A stretch of 64,000 nt of DNA, taken from NCBI GenBank assembly GCA_963737065.1, contig CAVTRC010000001.1, positions 1,568,001 to 1,632,000 of the forward strand, in the 5' to 3' direction. Below the pieces are notes generated by a model, which made no database searches, had not been told where the DNA came from, and was given only the letters and a program-made list of their open reading frames with translations. Position numbers and translations under genes: made by a program. This document shows, piece after piece, positions 1-11,125 of this stretch. Position 1 is the stretch's first letter. Every line of letters begins with the position of its first letter. The DNA comes from Candidatus Eremiobacteria bacterium (GTDB lineage: Bacteria > Vulcanimicrobiota > Vulcanimicrobiia > Vulcanimicrobiales > Vulcanimicrobiaceae).

Positions 1-763
1 GCTCTTGGTCGCGATTCTCGCTGCCTTCAAATGTTTTCAGGCCGTTCTCCTTAACGTACGCCTGCGCGCGCGGAATGATGTCGGCGGCATCCTCAGGCGC
101 ATTCCTGCGCAGCCAGAGAAGCGTCGCTTCGCCTTCCGGCACCGAGCCCCATTCCATCGGCAGTCCGCCGTTTTGGAGGCCGTGCGCCGATACGCGTTCG
201 AGCGCTTCGTGCAGTTCGCCGTCGCGCCCGAGCAGACGTGTGTGCGCACTCATCACGCCGTTGATGCTCTCGTCGTTGAACTCATCGCTAAAGATATCGA
301 TCGGATATCCACACAGCAGCGTGAACGGCACGAGCGCCCGCAGCGCGTCCCACGCGCGTTCGAGTTCGATCGCGAGCCCGCGCTGCCCGTCGCGCCATAG
401 GAGGCCGACGACCTCACCGTAGATGCGCACCGTGTGCTTGGCGGTCAGCCGCTCCAGCAACGGCTGCATGAACGAGATGAACGCCGCGAAATCGAGGCGT
501 CCGTCGCGGATGAATTTCGCGCGCATCTCGTGCGCATCGAACGAGACGTAGCGGTTCTCGCGCGCGGCACCGCCGACATCGATGCGCCGGTGGTGTAAAC
601 CCCGGCGGAAAAGCGTGGCATTGGCGTCGGAGGCAAGCACAACGACGGCCTCGCCTGCAGCAAGACCCTCACTAATATACGTCGTGACCTGCTGTGCAAG
701 CGTACGGCGGTCATTGCCGTAGAGCACCACCGCATGGTCCACACTCGGGACATGAGTTTCCAT
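1..763 (-). CDS. MEDS (DcmR-like sensory) domain protein, 3' end runs off the window
   Basis: Manual translation from ATG 763: METHVPSVDHAVVLY...YISEGLAAGEAVVVLA...VRIYGEVVGLLW...FTLLCGYP. Open to position 1 with no stop, so it is missing from the ORF track. Confidence 0.8.
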   Translation of the reverse strand, partial: METHVPSVDHAVVLYGNDRRTLAQQVTTYISEGLAAGEAVVVLASDANATLFRRGLHHRRIDVGGAARENRYVSFDAHEMRAKFIRDGRLDFAAFISFMQPLLERLTAKHTVRIYGEVVGLLWRDGQRGLAIELERAWDALRALVPFTLLCGYPIDIFSDEFNDESINGVMSAHTRLLGRDGELHEALERVSAHGLQNGGLPMEWGSVPEGEATLLWLRRNAPEDAADIIPRAQAYVKENGLKTFEGSENRDQE

Positions 764-922
764 TTAGGTGCCCTGTTACTATACGCACCAACGCGGAATA
801 TCTAACGTACTCGCTGTGGGAGCCTGTCAGGAAGATGACACCTCACTACGCCCGGAGCGGCCTTTCAAACGGCGGTAATCCGCTATGGTCATCGCCGGAG
901 CACGGCCCTTACGATGGGAGCG

Positions 923-1943
923 ATGCAGCCATTGCCCGGCGGCCCGCCGTTTATTGAGGTCCGTCGTGGACCGCTCGTTGAGTCGGTCCACTGTGTCGCT
1001 GCATATGCGGTCGATGCGGCCGGTAGCGAACTGCTCTCGATGGGCACCGTCGACGTTCCGATCTACTTGCGCTCGGCCGCAAAGCCGTTTATTGCCGCGA
1101 CTGCCTTGATGGCGGGCGTCCAGCAGCGCTTCGGCCTCGAGCAGTACGAAATCGCCGTGATGGCCGCGTCGCACTCGGGCGAACCGTTTCACGTTGATGC
1201 GGTGCGCTCGATTCTGCGCAAGATCGGGCTTGACGAAAGCGCGCTGCAATGCGGCGCGGATTATCCGTACGACGACGCTGAACGCGAACGGCTACAAGCG
1301 CACGGCATCAAGCGCGAGCGCATTTTCCACAACTGCTCCGGCAAGCACGCCGGCATACTGTCGTTGTGCCGCGCGATCGGCGCCGACCCCTCGACGTACA
1401 TGGAACGCCAGAATCCGGCGCAGCAGCGGATTCTTGCTTTTTGCGCGCAGACTTCGGGTGCGCGGTTCGACGACGGAAATCTCGCGGTCGACGGGTGCGG
1501 TATTCCGGTGTATGCGACGACGCTGCGCAACGCCGCGCAATCGTATCTGCGACTTGCAACGCTTACCGGCATGACGACGGAAGCAGCGCAGGCGTTGCGA
1601 ACGGTGCGCGAGGCAATGATCGCGTATCCTGAATATATGTCCGGAACCGGCGACTTCGATGCAGAGCTCATTCGCGCGTATGACGGCGCGCTCGTTTGCA
1701 AAGGCGGTGCAGAAGGCGTGCATGCCACCGCGCTCATCGAACGCGAAGCGGCGCTCGTGGTAAAGATCGTCGACGGAAACGAACGCGCGCGTCCGCCGGC
1801 GGCGATCGAAGCACTGCGTTCGATCGGGATGATGAACGACGAACAGTACGAATTGCTGCAGCGCTTCGCGCGTCCGCTGGTGAAGAACCGCGCCGGACGC
1901 GTCGTCGGCGAAATCGGGCCGGTGCAATCGGGTTCACGCGTGA
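923..1943 (+). CDS. Class 3 (Rhizobium-type, asparaginase II family) L-asparaginase; probable 1-nt insertion near 1931
   Basis: Motifs RSAAKP, ASHSG, HNCSGKH, DGCG, CKGGAEG. Removing one G from 1930-1932 gives a stop at TGA 1941-1943, overlapping the next GTG start. Confidence 0.85.
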
Positions 1944-4554
1944 AACGCATTCTTCCGTGCATCGCGGCGCTCGTTGCGTTGCTGATCGCCGGCTGTTCAC
2001 ACTCCACGCCCGCGCCGAGCGATACGTCGATGACGATCGCGCAGCAATGGGAACCGCGCTCGCTCAATCCCGCGCTCGAAAACGGCACGTCTTCGGCGGA
2101 ATGGTCGATGCTCGTCTTCTCGTACCTGGTGAAATTCGACGACAACGGCAACATGGTGCCCGATCTTGCGACGGAAGTGCCGACGCTGCACAACGGCGGC
2201 ATCAGCGCCGACGGCAAAACGATTACCTATCACATCCACAAGGGCGTGCGCTTCGCCGACGGCACGCCGCTAACCGCAAACGACGTTGCGTGGTCGATCC
2301 AAGCGATCAACAATCCGACGAACAACGTGCAAAGCCGCTTCGCGTACTCGCACATCGCGACGCGTCGACACGCCGAACGCAACGACGGTCGTGCTGCACC
2401 TGCGCCGTCCGTTTCCGCCGGTGCTCGCGGTGGTCGGCGCGCCGCAAGGCTTTCCGGTTTTGCCGAAGCACGTGTTGGGAGCGCTTGCCCGATTTCAATC
2501 ACGCACCGTTCAACGATGCGCCCTTTGGATCGGGACCGTATCGCGTAACGAAATGGCTGCACGGCGATCGCGTCGAGCTCGCGGCGAATCCGTACTATTG
2601 GAAGGGTCCGGTCAAAATCAAAAATTTGACGGTACGGTTTGTCGCGAACCCGCAAACCGCGCTGAACATGCTGAGCACGCATGAAATCGACGGCTACTTC
2701 GACGACGAAGATTACTCGAACTATCCCGAGCTCAAGGCGCTCTCGGGCTATACCGTCACCACGACCCAAGAAAACGCGGTCGGTTCGATCATCTTCAACA
2801 CCCAGAAGTTTCCGGTGAACGATGCGCGGGTGCGGCATGCGCTCGCGGAAGCGGTCGACATTGCGTCGGTCGTGCGCCGCGCGTATCGCGGCTCGCTGGA
2901 AAGCACGCATGCCGGTGCCGGTCTCTTTCTTTGGGCGTTCGACCCCACCGTGTATCCCGACATTCCCTATAATCCAAGCGATGCGAAACGGCTGCTCGAA
3001 GCTGCCGGATGGAAAATGGGACCCGACGGCGTGCGCCGCAGATCCGGAACGCCGCTCGACCTGCAGCTGATCATTCAGGCGCAGACGCCCGGCGAAGAAG
3101 TGTTCGCCGACAACCTCGTGCAGTATGAACGCGCCGTCGGTGCGCACGTCACGATCAAGCAGTTCAACGAAACGCAATTCGTCGCACCCGCTAGTGAAGA
3201 GGGCCCGGTGTACGGCGGCAAGTTCGACCTGGCGCTCTACTCGTTCGAGAACGGCGACGATCCCGACACGACCGATCAATTCGCGTGCGCCAACGTGCCG
3301 CCCGGCGGATACAACAAGTCTCGCTTCTGCGATCCGCGTGTCGACGCGCTGCTCAAAGACGGACTTGCAACGTACGATCCCGCCAAGCGTAAAGCGGTCT
3401 ATCGATCGTTGCAGCAGGTGCTCTACCAGCAACTGCCGATCGCGCTGATCTATCGCCGCGGCGAAATCAACGCGTTCACCGATCGTCTTCAAGGGCAGAC
3501 GACGTCGCTTTCGGCGGCCGGCGCCTTTTGGGACGTCGGCGGCTGGTATCTCGACGATCCGTGCGACACGCGCGTATTCCCGGCGGTCGGAACCGTCGTT
3601 CAGACGACGCAGCCGTTGCACGGGCCGGGCCTGGTGTTGCAAGGCGGCGGCACCGACATCGACCAGGAATATCGCTGGATGCACGACACGCTTTCCGGTG
3701 GCTCTCCCGCACGATTCGGCAACGTCGTCGTCATTCGCGCATACACCGACAAAGACGAGTATTCGCCGTACATGCAGCCGCGCGGACCGTTTCAATCCGT
3801 GCAGATGCTTGGCGTCCCGAAGTGTGCGAAGCCATCGGATCTCGATGCATTAGCGAAGATCGTGGACCGCGCCGACGCGGTGTTCTTCGCGGGCGGAGAT
3901 CAAGCAAACTATGTTGCGTGGAAAGGTAGCGCGCTCGACGCCGCGATTCAGCGCGTTTGGCAGCGTAACGGCGTCATCGGCGGCTCGAGCGCGGGTCTTG
4001 CGATTCAAGGCGAATACGTCTACGATTCGGTTGCCGCGGATAAGCTGCATCCCAACGACGACGACTACAACGTGACGACGAGCAACGCGGTCGCCAATCC
4101 GTTCGAGCCCGAGATCAGCTTTACGCACGACTTCTTGCAGTGGACACCACTGCGCAATATTATTACCGACACGCACTTCGCGCGCCGCGACCGCTTCGGC
4201 CGCAGCGTTGCATTTCTCGCGCGTCTCGAAGCCGAACATCATCTGCCGACCGGATCGCTCTACGCGCTCGCGGTCGACGAACGCAGCGCGATCGTTGTGA
4301 ATAGCCATGGCATCGGCACGCTGATGGAATATTCCGGCAGCGGGTATCAGACGCGCGGCGCGTATTTGCTGCAGCTTGTTTCAGTGAAACAGTTGACGCC
4401 GGGTAAACCGTTGATCGCAACCGTTCGTGTCACGCATCTCAGCAAACCGGGTTCGACGATCGATCTGAACACGAAGCGCGCACCGGGTGCCGCAACGTAT
4501 ACCATCGAAGTCAACGGCACCCAGTCGCCGCCGTACAAGGATCCGTATGGTTAA
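1940..4554 (+). CDS. Peptide ABC substrate-binding lipoprotein (family 5) fused to a C-terminal cyanophycinase-like S51 peptidase; +1 frameshifts near 2360 and 2478
   Basis: Lipobox LIAGC; SBP_bac_5 motifs (GVRFADGTPLTANDV, GSGPY, ANPYYW) spread over three successive frames; C-terminal GGDQ, GGSSAG, DTHF and VDE motifs. Confidence 0.8.
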
Positions 4555-7259
4555 GTTGTACTCCGATGACTTCGTCGGCCGCCAGCGCGAGCTCGAATTG
4601 CTCCACGAGGAACTGCGCGGCGGACGCGGCCCACGCTTCGTCGCGATCGAAGGTGAAGCGGGCATCGGGAAATCGCGCCTCGTGCGCGAGTTCACGCAAC
4701 AAACGGGTGACACCGCGACGATCGCGCTCGGTCAATGTGCCGAGCAAATTCGCCGTCCGTATCTTCCGATCGAACAATCGCTCGAGAGTCTGTCGCGCCG
4801 CGTGCAGCGTCCGCCGACGTCGCGCGAAGGACGCGCGCACGCGCAAGAACGCGCGGCGTATTTCGAAGAAGTCGCCGACGCGTTCCGCCGCGAGGCAATG
4901 CGCAAGCCGCTCGTGCTCGTGCTGGAAGACGTGCACTGGGCGGACGAAACCTCGATCGAACTGCTGCGCTATCTCACCGCGGCGTTGCACGACGCGCGCA
5001 TCCTCGTCATGATGACGTTGCGCCCGTCAAGTGCGCTCGACAATCCGGCCCTCTCTGCGCTGCGGTTCAGCATTGCGCGTGCACACGGAACGACGATCGC
5101 GCTGCGCGGATTGCGCGGCAACGACATCAAAACGTTGGTGGTACGGATGACCGACGCGCTCGGAACGCAGTTGCAGCCGCAGCTCGTCACGAAAATCGAG
5201 GAACTGAGCGACGGTAATCCGCTCTTCGCGGAGGAGCTGACGCGCATCGCGGTCGACAACGGCGAGCTTTCACTCGCATCGACGATGCCGCTCTCGGCGC
5301 AAGCGATGTTGAGCGAACGTCTCGCGACGTTCACCGACGCACAGCGCGCGATTTTAGTACGCGCCGCGACCGTCGGTCAGACGTTCGACGCGCGATTCGT
5401 CGCGGACATCGCCGGCGTGCCGGAGTCGGACGTGCTGCAAACGGCGCAGCGCGCATCCGAACGCGAGCTGCTCGTTCGCGATCGCGGCCGTTCGGGATCG
5501 TTTACGTTCCGGCACTCGTTGATTCGCCAGGCGCTCGCGGATCAGCTCGTGCTCGGGCTTGCCGCACCGCTGCATCTGCGCATCGCGCAAGCGATCGAAG
5601 CCGGAGAGAACGCGCGCTCGCGGGCTGCGGAATTAGCGTATCACTACGCCGAAGCGCACGTCGCCGAAAAAGCGCGGTACTATCACGAGCTTGCCGCGCA
5701 AAGCGCGTGGGAGACGTACGCATATCGCGACGCGATCCGGTCGTATGTCGAGGCGCTGAAATGGGACTATCCGCCGGGGGCTGAACGCGCCGCTATTTAC
5801 GAACGCATCGGAACGCTGCTCTACATCGACGGCATCGGCGATGAACCGGTGCGCTGGTACGAACGCGCTTACGCCGAGTACGAACGTCTCGGAAACGATG
5901 CCGGCATGGCGTATGCGTTGCTGCTTATCGGCGATCAGCAATGGGTCGACGCGCGCACGGCGGAGAGTTTGCGTTCGGCGTCGGAGGCCGCGGCGAAACT
6001 CGAAGCGCTTGGCGAGGAGCAACTGCATGTTGGCGGCAATGCTCTCCGTTGCGCGGTTCGCGATTACGCTTGGCAATGCGTCGCAAGCGATTGCACAGTT
6101 GCGCGCGATCGGCCGCCGGTACAACGAGTTCGATACCGGACGCAAAGCCGCGTTTCATGAAGTACGCGCGGAAACGCGCGCGGCGCTCGGCGACGCGGCC
6201 GGTGCGATTGCCGATTGTGAACGCGCCGCGGCGCTTGCGGCCGAAACGGGCTCCAGCGAGCTCATCGCGCAGACGGAAAACAATGCCGCGCTCGTGTCGT
6301 TCGACCTGGGCGAACTCGATCGCGCGGTCGCGCATCACCAGCGCGCGTACGAAGAAGCACACCGCACGGGCTTGATGTGGCGCGTGGCGTATTCCGCGGT
6401 GACATACGCACAGACGCTGATGTGGCGCGGCGAGCTGAAGAAGGCGCGCGCGCTGATGATCGACGCGCTCGATTGCGGTGTCACGACCGCGACGTTCAAA
6501 ACGAAAGCGGCTGCGGTCGGCATTCCGCTTGCATTGATCCTTAACGACCGGCAGCTGCTCGCCGCGTGCGCCGACGACGCGGTGCTCGAATACGCCGATC
6601 GCTCGCGCGAGTTGCAGCGCATCGCGTCGGTTCGCGCCGCTTTTGCCGAACTGCGGTATGCACAAGGCGCGCGCGAGGAAGCGCAGCGCATCATCGCCGG
6701 TGCGCTCGGAGCGATGCCGTACGGCCATCGTGCGTGGCACCTCTGGTTGCAAACCGCGCTGTGCGGGCGCTCCGAGCACATCGCCCTCGCGCGCACGCTG
6801 CTTGCCGGTTCCACCGGGCGGCCGCGCACGTTGCGCGCGCACGCGCTCCTGCTCGGCGCGATGGCAATTCGCGAGTCCGATGACGAGCGTTGCGCGCGGT
6901 TGGCGCGCGTTGCGCACCGGCTCTTCGCCGCGATGGGATTCCGCTGGCATGCCGCGTTCGCGGCCGAGCTTGCGGGCGACCGTAAAACCGCACTCGCCGA
7001 ATATCGCGCGATGGGCGCGACGCGCGACGTGATCCGGCTGGCCGAACAGCCGCAGCGTTCCGGCGCATCAAGCGCACTAACGGCTCGCCAAGCGGAAATC
7101 GCCGAACTCGTCGCCCGCGGAGAGATGAATCGCACGATCGCTGCGCTGCTGCACATTAGCGAGCACACGGTCGAGCACCACTTGACCGGTATCTTCGCGC
7201 GCCTGGGTGTCAAGTCGCGCGCACAGTTGATCGCGTACTACGCATCGATGAACCGATAG
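4547..7259 (+). CDS. AAA-ATPase/TPR/LuxR-HTH (MalT/STAND-like) transcriptional regulator; +1 frameshift near 6026
   Basis: FVGR, Walker A GEAGIGKS, Walker B LEDVHWAD, GNPLF, FRHSL in the first frame; C-terminal LuxR HTH LTARQAEIAELVARG...ISEHTVEHHL in the next frame. Confidence 0.85.
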
Positions 7260-7301
7260 CGGGAATCCAGGATACCGCGCGCGTCATGTGCTCTCTATAC
7301 T
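7256..7301 (+). promoter_or_regulatory. Putative promoter of the TonB-dependent receptor: -10 TATACT with an upstream imperfect palindrome
   Basis: TATACT at 7296-7301, no consensus -35. GCGGgaATCCaGGATaCCGC at 7259-7278. GGAGGAG RBS before ATG 7334. Confidence 0.4.
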
Positions 7302-7333
7302 GACGTAAGAAACGCTACCGTCTGGAGGAGCGC

Positions 7334-10300
7334 ATGGTGCCGAGAAACCTTTGCCGCGCGTTAGGCGTGCTGCTCGTTTTTGCATTTACGGCGATGCCGC
7401 TGAGCGCGCTCGCGGCGACGACCGGCGGACTGACCGGAACCGTAGTCGATTCGCAGTCACGAGCACCCATCGGCGGCGCACAAGTCACGATTTCCAGTCC
7501 TACGCAGGTCGAGCATGCGACGACCGACGCGTCGGGCCGATACACGTTCATCTCGCTCGGTCCCGATACGTACACGCTCTCTGTTGCGCGTGAAGGATAC
7601 GACGTGCAGTCGATCGCCGGCGTCACGGTCTTCGCGGGTCAGACGCTCAACATTCCGGTTGCGATGCAAAAGTCGCTGAAGACGATTGCGAACGTCACGT
7701 CACGTTCGCCGCTGAGCGTCGTCCGCGCGGGAACCGGCACCGACGTGTACTCGGTCGGCCCGCAACTGACCGCAGCTGCCGCGCCGCTCGGCGGGGGCGG
7801 TTCCCTCAATACGGCGTACTCGGCGATCGCGTCGATGCCCGGTGCGTACGTTCCGCCGAACCAAGTCGGCGTGAATCAAACCGTGTACATCCGCGGCAGC
7901 TACTACGATCAGATCGGGTTCGAATACGACGGCATTCCCGTGAACCGTGCATTCGATAACTATCCGACAAGCGGTCTGAGCACGCTGGGTCAGCAAGAGC
8001 TTCAGATCTTCACCGGCGGCGGCCAATCCGACGTGAATGCGACGGGCCTCGGCGGTTTCATCAATCAGATTACAAAGACCGGTACGTATCCCGGCTATGG
8101 CACCGTCAATGCGGGGATGGGGTCGCCGACGTTCTATCACAATCTGAGCGTCGAAGCGGGCGGCTCGTCGCCGAATCGTCTGTTCTCGTACTACATCGGA
8201 CTAAGCGGCAACAATCAAGACTTTCGCTACTTCGATCAGTTCAACGGCGCCAGCATAACGGACGCGATTCCGTACGGCTATTGGCCGTCGCATCAGACGT
8301 CTCTGACGATTTCGTTTTGGCCGGCGATGTACCCGACGTGCAACAACGACGGTTCGTACGACAATCCGGCGGTCGACAACAACTCGCTGTTGTATAACGA
8401 TCCGGGCTGCTTCGGAAGCTATAACGCAAATTACGGCCAGCCGTCGACCGTCGACAACCGCGAGGTGGTCTCTAACTTCCACTTCGGAATTCCGCACAAA
8501 CACGATGGCGGCCGCGACGACGTTCAGGCGCTCTTCATGTCGTCGGCAAACTTCACGCAGTTCTACACGAGCGTGAATGATGCCGGAGGACTCGGCCGGG
8601 GACTGAATGCGGTCGTCCCGAACGACTGGCCCGACGCGTACACCTATCCGGCGGGAACGGGGTTTCTTGCCCCAGCATCGACGCCACCCATCGGGTATAT
8701 GTATCCCGGCTCACCGACGGGACGCTGCGTAAACGTCACCGGTGTTCCGAACGCATGCCCGGTAGATTCAGATGGCAATCAGATCACGTCAAATATTCCT
8801 ACGGACTATCGCGACGGCCGTTGGGACACTGCGTCCATCGTTAAGCTGCAATATCAGCACAACATGGGAACCAACGCCTACGCGCGTCTGTTCGGCTACA
8901 CGTTCTACTCCAACACCAATCGCGCGACGGCGAACGGATACGGCAACAACATTACCTTCGGCGTCGGCAATTACGACTATGAAGTGGGCGCGCACACCAG
9001 CGGTCTCGAATTTCAGGCGGCCGATCAAATCTCCGACAAGCACTTGTTGAACGTCATGGCATCGTACACGCAGTCCAATACCTTGCGATACTTTAACCAC
9101 AACTACCTGAACAGCGGCGATCAGCAAGTCAGCAATTTCACGAACGGCAGCCAATGCTTTGCTACGACGAGCGGCGCGGGAATCGATCCGAACTCGAACT
9201 ACGCGGCCGGCGAACCCGCACCGTGTAACGATCCGATCTCGCAAGGAACATTCACCACGCCGTACGGGAGTTTCACGGGACAGAATCCGTGCACCGACGG
9301 CGAGCTGCCCGCCAGCGCGGCCGCGTGCCGCAGCAACGCGACAATGGCGCTAACGTTCCTCGGCAATCAAGGCGACATCAACGCCGTTACCCCGCGCGTG
9401 ACCGCCGCCTCGCTCAGCGACGAATGGCGGCCGAACGATCATTGGAACGTCAACCTCAGCGCGCGTTTCGAGAACGATAGTTTCGATCTCACGAACACCA
9501 ACAGTCCGGGATCAAACTTTTGGTTCGCCGCGGCGCAGAAAGAGTTCTGCGTCAACCCCGTGACGCGGCAGCCGGTGTTTGTGCCCCAGCCGCCGCAAAG
9601 CATTCGTCTCGCAACGCCATACGTGACGTTCAACTGCCCGGTCGACACGTCGCTCGGGACGCCGATCCAGACGGTGCATCCCGATGGTACGGACGGCATT
9701 TTGCTAACGAACAATTATCCGTCGATCTACTCACAGAAGTACATCGAGCCCCGCGTCTCGGCGACGTATACGGTCAATCCGGACACGGTGCTGCGCTTCT
9801 CGGCGGGCCGCTACGCGCAGCAACCGCAGAACTACGAAATCCAGTACACGACGGAAGAGCCGAATCTCGCGGCGACGCTGCTCGGATTCATTCCGTTCGG
9901 GTTCAATTCACCGTTGCACGAATCGCAAGCGCAGTTCTCGAACAACTACGACCTCTCGTACGAACACCACTTCAAGGGCACCGATATGTCGGTGAAAATC
10001 ACGCCGTACTACCGCTGGGGCACCAATCAGCTGTACGAAACGGTAAACTTGCCGAGTTTGAACGTGTCGCCATCATTTAATTCCGGTACGCTACGCGTCG
10101 ACGGCGTCGAGCTGGAACTCGCGAAGGGCGATTTCGCGAAGAACGGCCTCGCGGGTACGCTCTCGTACACGTACACGAACGCGGCTGAAAAGTGGGACAA
10201 CTATCCGAACAGCACAATCGGGCCCGTCGATCAGTATAATCAGGATATTCAGGCGTTCAACGCGCTGACGAAAGCCGGTGGCGGGTCGCAGTGCTACTCG

Positions 10301-11122
10301 AACAACTTCTCGGCCGGAACGAACGACCCCGATCAGGTACTTCCCGATCCGACCTGCGTGCAGGTATTCGACGCCGGCGGGAACGCGTACAACCCGCCCA
10401 TCAGAAATCCGTACTATGGAATGTCGAAGCAGGGACTGCTCGATCCGCACGGGTGGTACACGCCCGGTCTCGATTTCCCATACATTTCGCCGAACACGTT
10501 GTCACTCGTTCTCAACTACCGTCACAATCGCTTCGACGTCGCAACCGCGATGGAGTTGCAACAAGGTACGACGTACGGAACGCCGGCCGACGTAATCGGC
10601 ATCGATCCTCGCAATTGCCGCTCGAATCAGGGCACCGACGGTATCACGACCGGCGATCCGCTCAACGCGGACTACACGTCGTGTCATTACGCGCTAACGT
10701 CGGACGGCACGAATCCCGGCTACCTCTACATTCCCAATCCGCAAACCGGAACGTTCGCATCGTTCGGTCAGTACCGTCAGCCGTGGCAGTTCAATCTCGG
10801 GATGCAGCTCTCGTATGACTTCAGCCCGCGAATCACCGGATCGCTGATGCTCACAAGCCTCGTGAACACGTGCTTCGGCGGATCGAAGACCCCGTGGAGC
10901 ACTGCCTACTCGCCGAGCGGCAACACGTGTGGATATGCTTCGAACACATTCTATGTCGGCGGCGGGTTCTACAACGGCACGAGCTTCAACGACACCGCGG
11001 CGAACGGCGTGCCGGCGCAGAAGTACTTCACCCAATCGTACGTTCCGACGTATGGCGATCCGAACTCCGGGAACTATCCGCTTGCGTTGAATGCCTACTT
11101 CCAGGTGAAGATCAAACTCTAA
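7334..11122 (+). CDS. TonB-dependent receptor-like outer-membrane protein with N-terminal carboxypeptidase-regulatory-like domain
   Basis: Signal peptide, GLTGTVVD...YTLSV domain, plug-like YIRG..EYDGIPVN, beta-strand-rich body, terminal YFQVKIKL; 1262 aa. Confidence 0.85.
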   Translation: MVPRNLCRALGVLLVFAFTAMPLSALAATTGGLTGTVVDSQSRAPIGGAQVTISSPTQVEHATTDASGRYTFISLGPDTYTLSVAREGYDVQSIAGVTVFAGQTLNIPVAMQKSLKTIANVTSRSPLSVVRAGTGTDVYSVGPQLTAAAAPLGGGGSLNTAYSAIASMPGAYVPPNQVGVNQTVYIRGSYYDQIGFEYDGIPVNRAFDNYPTSGLSTLGQQELQIFTGGGQSDVNATGLGGFINQITKTGTYPGYGTVNAGMGSPTFYHNLSVEAGGSSPNRLFSYYIGLSGNNQDFRYFDQFNGASITDAIPYGYWPSHQTSLTISFWPAMYPTCNNDGSYDNPAVDNNSLLYNDPGCFGSYNANYGQPSTVDNREVVSNFHFGIPHKHDGGRDDVQALFMSSANFTQFYTSVNDAGGLGRGLNAVVPNDWPDAYTYPAGTGFLAPASTPPIGYMYPGSPTGRCVNVTGVPNACPVDSDGNQITSNIPTDYRDGRWDTASIVKLQYQHNMGTNAYARLFGYTFYSNTNRATANGYGNNITFGVGNYDYEVGAHTSGLEFQAADQISDKHLLNVMASYTQSNTLRYFNHNYLNSGDQQVSNFTNGSQCFATTSGAGIDPNSNYAAGEPAPCNDPISQGTFTTPYGSFTGQNPCTDGELPASAAACRSNATMALTFLGNQGDINAVTPRVTAASLSDEWRPNDHWNVNLSARFENDSFDLTNTNSPGSNFWFAAAQKEFCVNPVTRQPVFVPQPPQSIRLATPYVTFNCPVDTSLGTPIQTVHPDGTDGILLTNNYPSIYSQKYIEPRVSATYTVNPDTVLRFSAGRYAQQPQNYEIQYTTEEPNLAATLLGFIPFGFNSPLHESQAQFSNNYDLSYEHHFKGTDMSVKITPYYRWGTNQLYETVNLPSLNVSPSFNSGTLRVDGVELELAKGDFAKNGLAGTLSYTYTNAAEKWDNYPNSTIGPVDQYNQDIQAFNALTKAGGGSQCYSNNFSAGTNDPDQVLPDPTCVQVFDAGGNAYNPPIRNPYYGMSKQGLLDPHGWYTPGLDFPYISPNTLSLVLNYRHNRFDVATAMELQQGTTYGTPADVIGIDPRNCRSNQGTDGITTGDPLNADYTSCHYALTSDGTNPGYLYIPNPQTGTFASFGQYRQPWQFNLGMQLSYDFSPRITGSLMLTSLVNTCFGGSKTPWSTAYSPSGNTCGYASNTFYVGGGFYNGTSFNDTAANGVPAQKYFTQSYVPTYGDPNSGNYPLALNAYFQVKIKL

Positions 11123-11125
11123 CCG

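Noticed and set aside
914..2548. Apparent asparaginase-SBP fusion ORF (544 aa)
   Set aside because: An internal lipoprotein signal begins at GTG 1940, and deleting one G at 1930-1932 gives a normal GTGA stop/start overlap; most likely an indel artefact.
2230..3795. Long antisense or alternate-frame ORFs (also 15586-16761, 25248-26333, 32087-33055, 45527-46498)
   Set aside because: Shadow ORFs of real genes in high-GC DNA, Arg/Ala-rich with no recognisable motifs.
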